A stretch of DNA of 39,832 bases from Octopus bimaculoides (lineage: Eukaryota): the NCBI RefSeq assembly GCF_001194135.2, contig NC_068981.1, forward strand, positions 123,051,905 through 123,091,736, in the 5' to 3' direction. Positions within the stretch are counted from its first letter, which is position 1. The number at the start of each line of letters is the position of its first letter. Below the pieces are notes generated by a model, which saw nothing but the letters and a program-made list of their open reading frames with translations, did not search any database and had not been told where the DNA came from. Position numbers and translations under genes: made by a program. Positions 36,769 to 39,832 of this stretch are shown piece after piece.

Positions 36769-39029
36769 AACACACACACACATATATATATATACACACA
36801 TATACATATATGTATGTATATTGTAAAATTCCTACACAGGGGCCTAACTGCTAATTTCGAATCCAGAATATATGGAAAGCGTTTTTCTTTTTTTCTTTTT
36901 TGGTGGCGTCTGGTAGTTCGTCTGGTAGGAGGGCGTCTGGTAGCTTGTAATGTCCATGTTTATGGTAGACTACATTATTTTTAAAAATTCATCCGTTGCA
37001 AATATGAATCGTGCTGGCTTTCGACTCGCTTTTAAAATGATCATCATGCACACTGACCTTTGCTTTCTTTTACAAGGTATAGTAACTCACACTAATAAAC
37101 ACTCCTAATGTGTGATAAAAAGAATACTAAAACTCTGAGTCAGTTACAACAATTCATAAGAAATAGGCAGCCGTAAAATCCCAGTTTCTCCACAGAACTT
37201 TACGACTTCTGATTGGAGGCAACGATAGGGTAGTATTATATTTATGTTGGCGGACATGATGAATTGCCAATACATCAGATTCAATTTTATACTTTTCGAA
37301 GCATTTAACCTACCAAAAGGCATTAAACGATTGAAAAGTGACTGATTAACACATATGGTTTATATGGAAATATACTTCACTAATATGCATTTACTTAAAC
37401 ATGTGAAAAATGCATAAATTCTGCCATGAATATATATACCGTTTGGGAGGAATTTGATTCCTTTGACAGGAGTTGGCTTTCGTCCCCCAAAAGATCCGAA
37501 GGTTATTTACCTACCCAGCATTTTTATCACTTTGTATGGGCTCATCTAATTACCGGTAGAATGTTGATTGCCAGTACATAGGCACACTCGCGTGCATATG
37601 TAAGTGTGTATGGATGTATATGTGTTTGGGTGTACTTGTGTGGGGGGGGGAGTGAGTGAGTGACTAACTGACTGGCTGAGTGCACGCGTGTATGTATATG
37701 AATATGTGTACGTATGTATCTTAGCGCAAATAGATATAAGCGCATCCACCGACTCAACATCGGCTCGGTCGTTATATCGAGTGAAATTAAACGAAATACA
37801 CCATATAAAGAAATATGAAATATGTACGATAACCTAGTGCGTGGGATATCTAAAGTTTCAGAGATTGTTCACATCTTCAGCCGCAGCTGAACCAGAGGCG
37901 TTGCTCGTTAAAATGGAGAGCACATCGTCGTGCACGTCACTGTTAGTATATAAACTCAACAGAAATGGCAAGGGATCATTTCATATAAGACGGAGAAATG
38001 GCTATCTTAAGTAGACACAACCAACACTTCGCACACAGCCTTACTCCATGATATAATCATCAGTATAGAATTTAAATACATGCCAAGAGCTGCATATAAA
38101 CGTCACCAATCTGAGATATTTAATTGTTGTGACTGCACAAATTAAATAGTTAATGGGTACGATACATAGGTATACACACATACTTCATACATACTTTCAT
38201 ATATATGTGTGTCTGCATGTATATATATATAAATATATATATATATATACATATATGTATGTATGTATACATATGAATGAATATATATATATATATGTAT
38301 GTATATATACACACACATATTCATACACATGCGATATACAAATATAAATGAATATANNNNNNNNNNNNNNNNNNNNNNNNNNNNNNNNNNNNNNNNNNNN
38401 NNNNNNNNNNNNNNNNNNNNNNNNNNNNNNNNNNNNNNNNNNNNNNNNNNNNNNNNNNNNNNNNNNNNNNNNNNNNNNNNNNNNNNNNNNNNNNNNNNNN
38501 NNNNNNNNNNNNNNNNNNNNNNNNNNNNNNNNNNNNNNNNNNNNNNNNNNNNNNNNNNNNNNNNNNNNNNNNNNNNNNNNNNNNNNNNNNNNNNNNNNNN
38601 NNNNNNNNNNNNNNNNNNNNNNNNNNNNNNNNNNNNNNNNNNNNNNNNNNNNNNNNNNNNNNNNNNNNNNNNNNNNNNNNNNNNNNNNNNNNNNNNNNNN
38701 NNNNNNNNNNNNNNNNNNNNNNNNNNNNNNNNNNNNNNNNNNNNNNNNNNNNNNNNNNNNCCATGGCAAGGTTTAATTTGTGTATACAAATTTAATTTGC
38801 GGTCCATGGGAAGAGCCGTTTTAACGATGCGTCCTGCCCAGCTCTTCGAAACGCCGGTGTTAAAACGGGGGTAGCTGATGAAGAAGAATGTTCTCTATGT
38901 GGCTTGTGTGTTTTCTCGTCTACGTTTTGTTTGCAATGTCCTGTACCCAGATATGCACCTATACATACAGGTGGATGTCGGTATGCACATACCTGTACGT
39001 ATATATGCATATACTCATTTACTATTTGT

Positions 39030-39176
39030 TTTTATATATATATATATATATATACAAATATATATATATATATACATATATGTATGTATGTATACATATG
39101 AATGAATATATATATATATATGTATGTATATATACACACACATATTCATACACATGCGATATACAAATATAAATGA

Positions 39177-39269
<93 letters not shown>

Positions 39270-39832
39270 TACATATATATCTGTATGTGCGTATGTATGT
39301 ACATTTACATATAAATATATATATATATGTGTGAGTGTGTGTGTATACATACATATACATCTACATATGTTTGGCGTTTATATATATATACGTGTGTGTA
39401 TATGTGTGTGCTTGTGTTATTGTGTGTATACATAGGTAGATATGACAATGTAAGCCAGTGTGTGTGTACGTGTCAACGTGTATGTGTGCGTGAGTGTATG
39501 AGTGTTGGTATGCCTTCTCTACCAAATATACCTTGTTACAAGCAGGCTACTTATGTTCAGCAAGAGTATATTACAGCAGGGGAGGCGGGGTCTGTTTTCA
39601 AGAGTCACCTGACAGCATTTATGATTCTTTTATTTGTTTATTCCATTTATGTTTTTGAAACTAACGTTCATGTGGGCGTAAGTACGCACGCGTGCTCACG
39701 CACATAATTACACACACGGAGTGGAGGGGGTGTATACACACGCACCATTACGTACACTCACACATACACATACATTTATATATGTATATTTATGTATGTA
39801 TATATATATTTATGTATGTATATATATATATA
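39030..39832. repeat. (TA)/(CATA)/(GT)/(CA)-rich low-complexity region
   Basis: Directly visible; explains the YIYI/CVCV ORFs. Confidence 0.8.

Noticed and set aside
36907-36943. Three CGTCTGGTAG direct repeats
   Set aside because: A short degenerate repeat, probably a transposon subterminal remnant. No ends or other structure were found.

Overview
AT-rich, microsatellite-laden animal genomic DNA from a gapped short-read scaffold. N-gaps are at 2300-3046, 8816-8835, 9889-9967, 18616-19437, ~24040-24049, 26245-26370, 31847-32484, 36428-36712 and 38357-38760. The tRNA-derived SINE family and repeat landscape suggest an octopus or other cephalopod (inference from recalled repeat families). Most long ORFs in the supplied track are artefacts of N-runs or simple repeats. 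Well-supported elements: a 5'-truncated R4/Dong-type RLE LINE ending in an (ATT)n tract, two mariner elements of different subfamilies with TIRs, about a dozen SINE copies, a foldback element with ~155-bp TIRs, a ~260-bp palindrome and a 28-bp minisatellite. The best host-gene candidate is a hand-built minus-strand model: TATA/Inr promoter at ~22.2 kb, a non-coding exon, coding exons 20700-20635, a 10-nt microexon 19510-19501 and 18280-18233, and possibly 4895-4813. It spells a divergent DH (RhoGEF; SOS/RasGRF-like) helix pattern. The microexon sits in a perfect 10-bp hairpin with its 5' splice site in the loop. An unexplained coding-like island at 12.35-12.9 kb could be a decayed retroelement or an endogenous viral fragment. 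No CRISPR array, rRNA or true tRNA gene was seen. All protein similarities are by-eye comparisons to remembered motifs, not database results.
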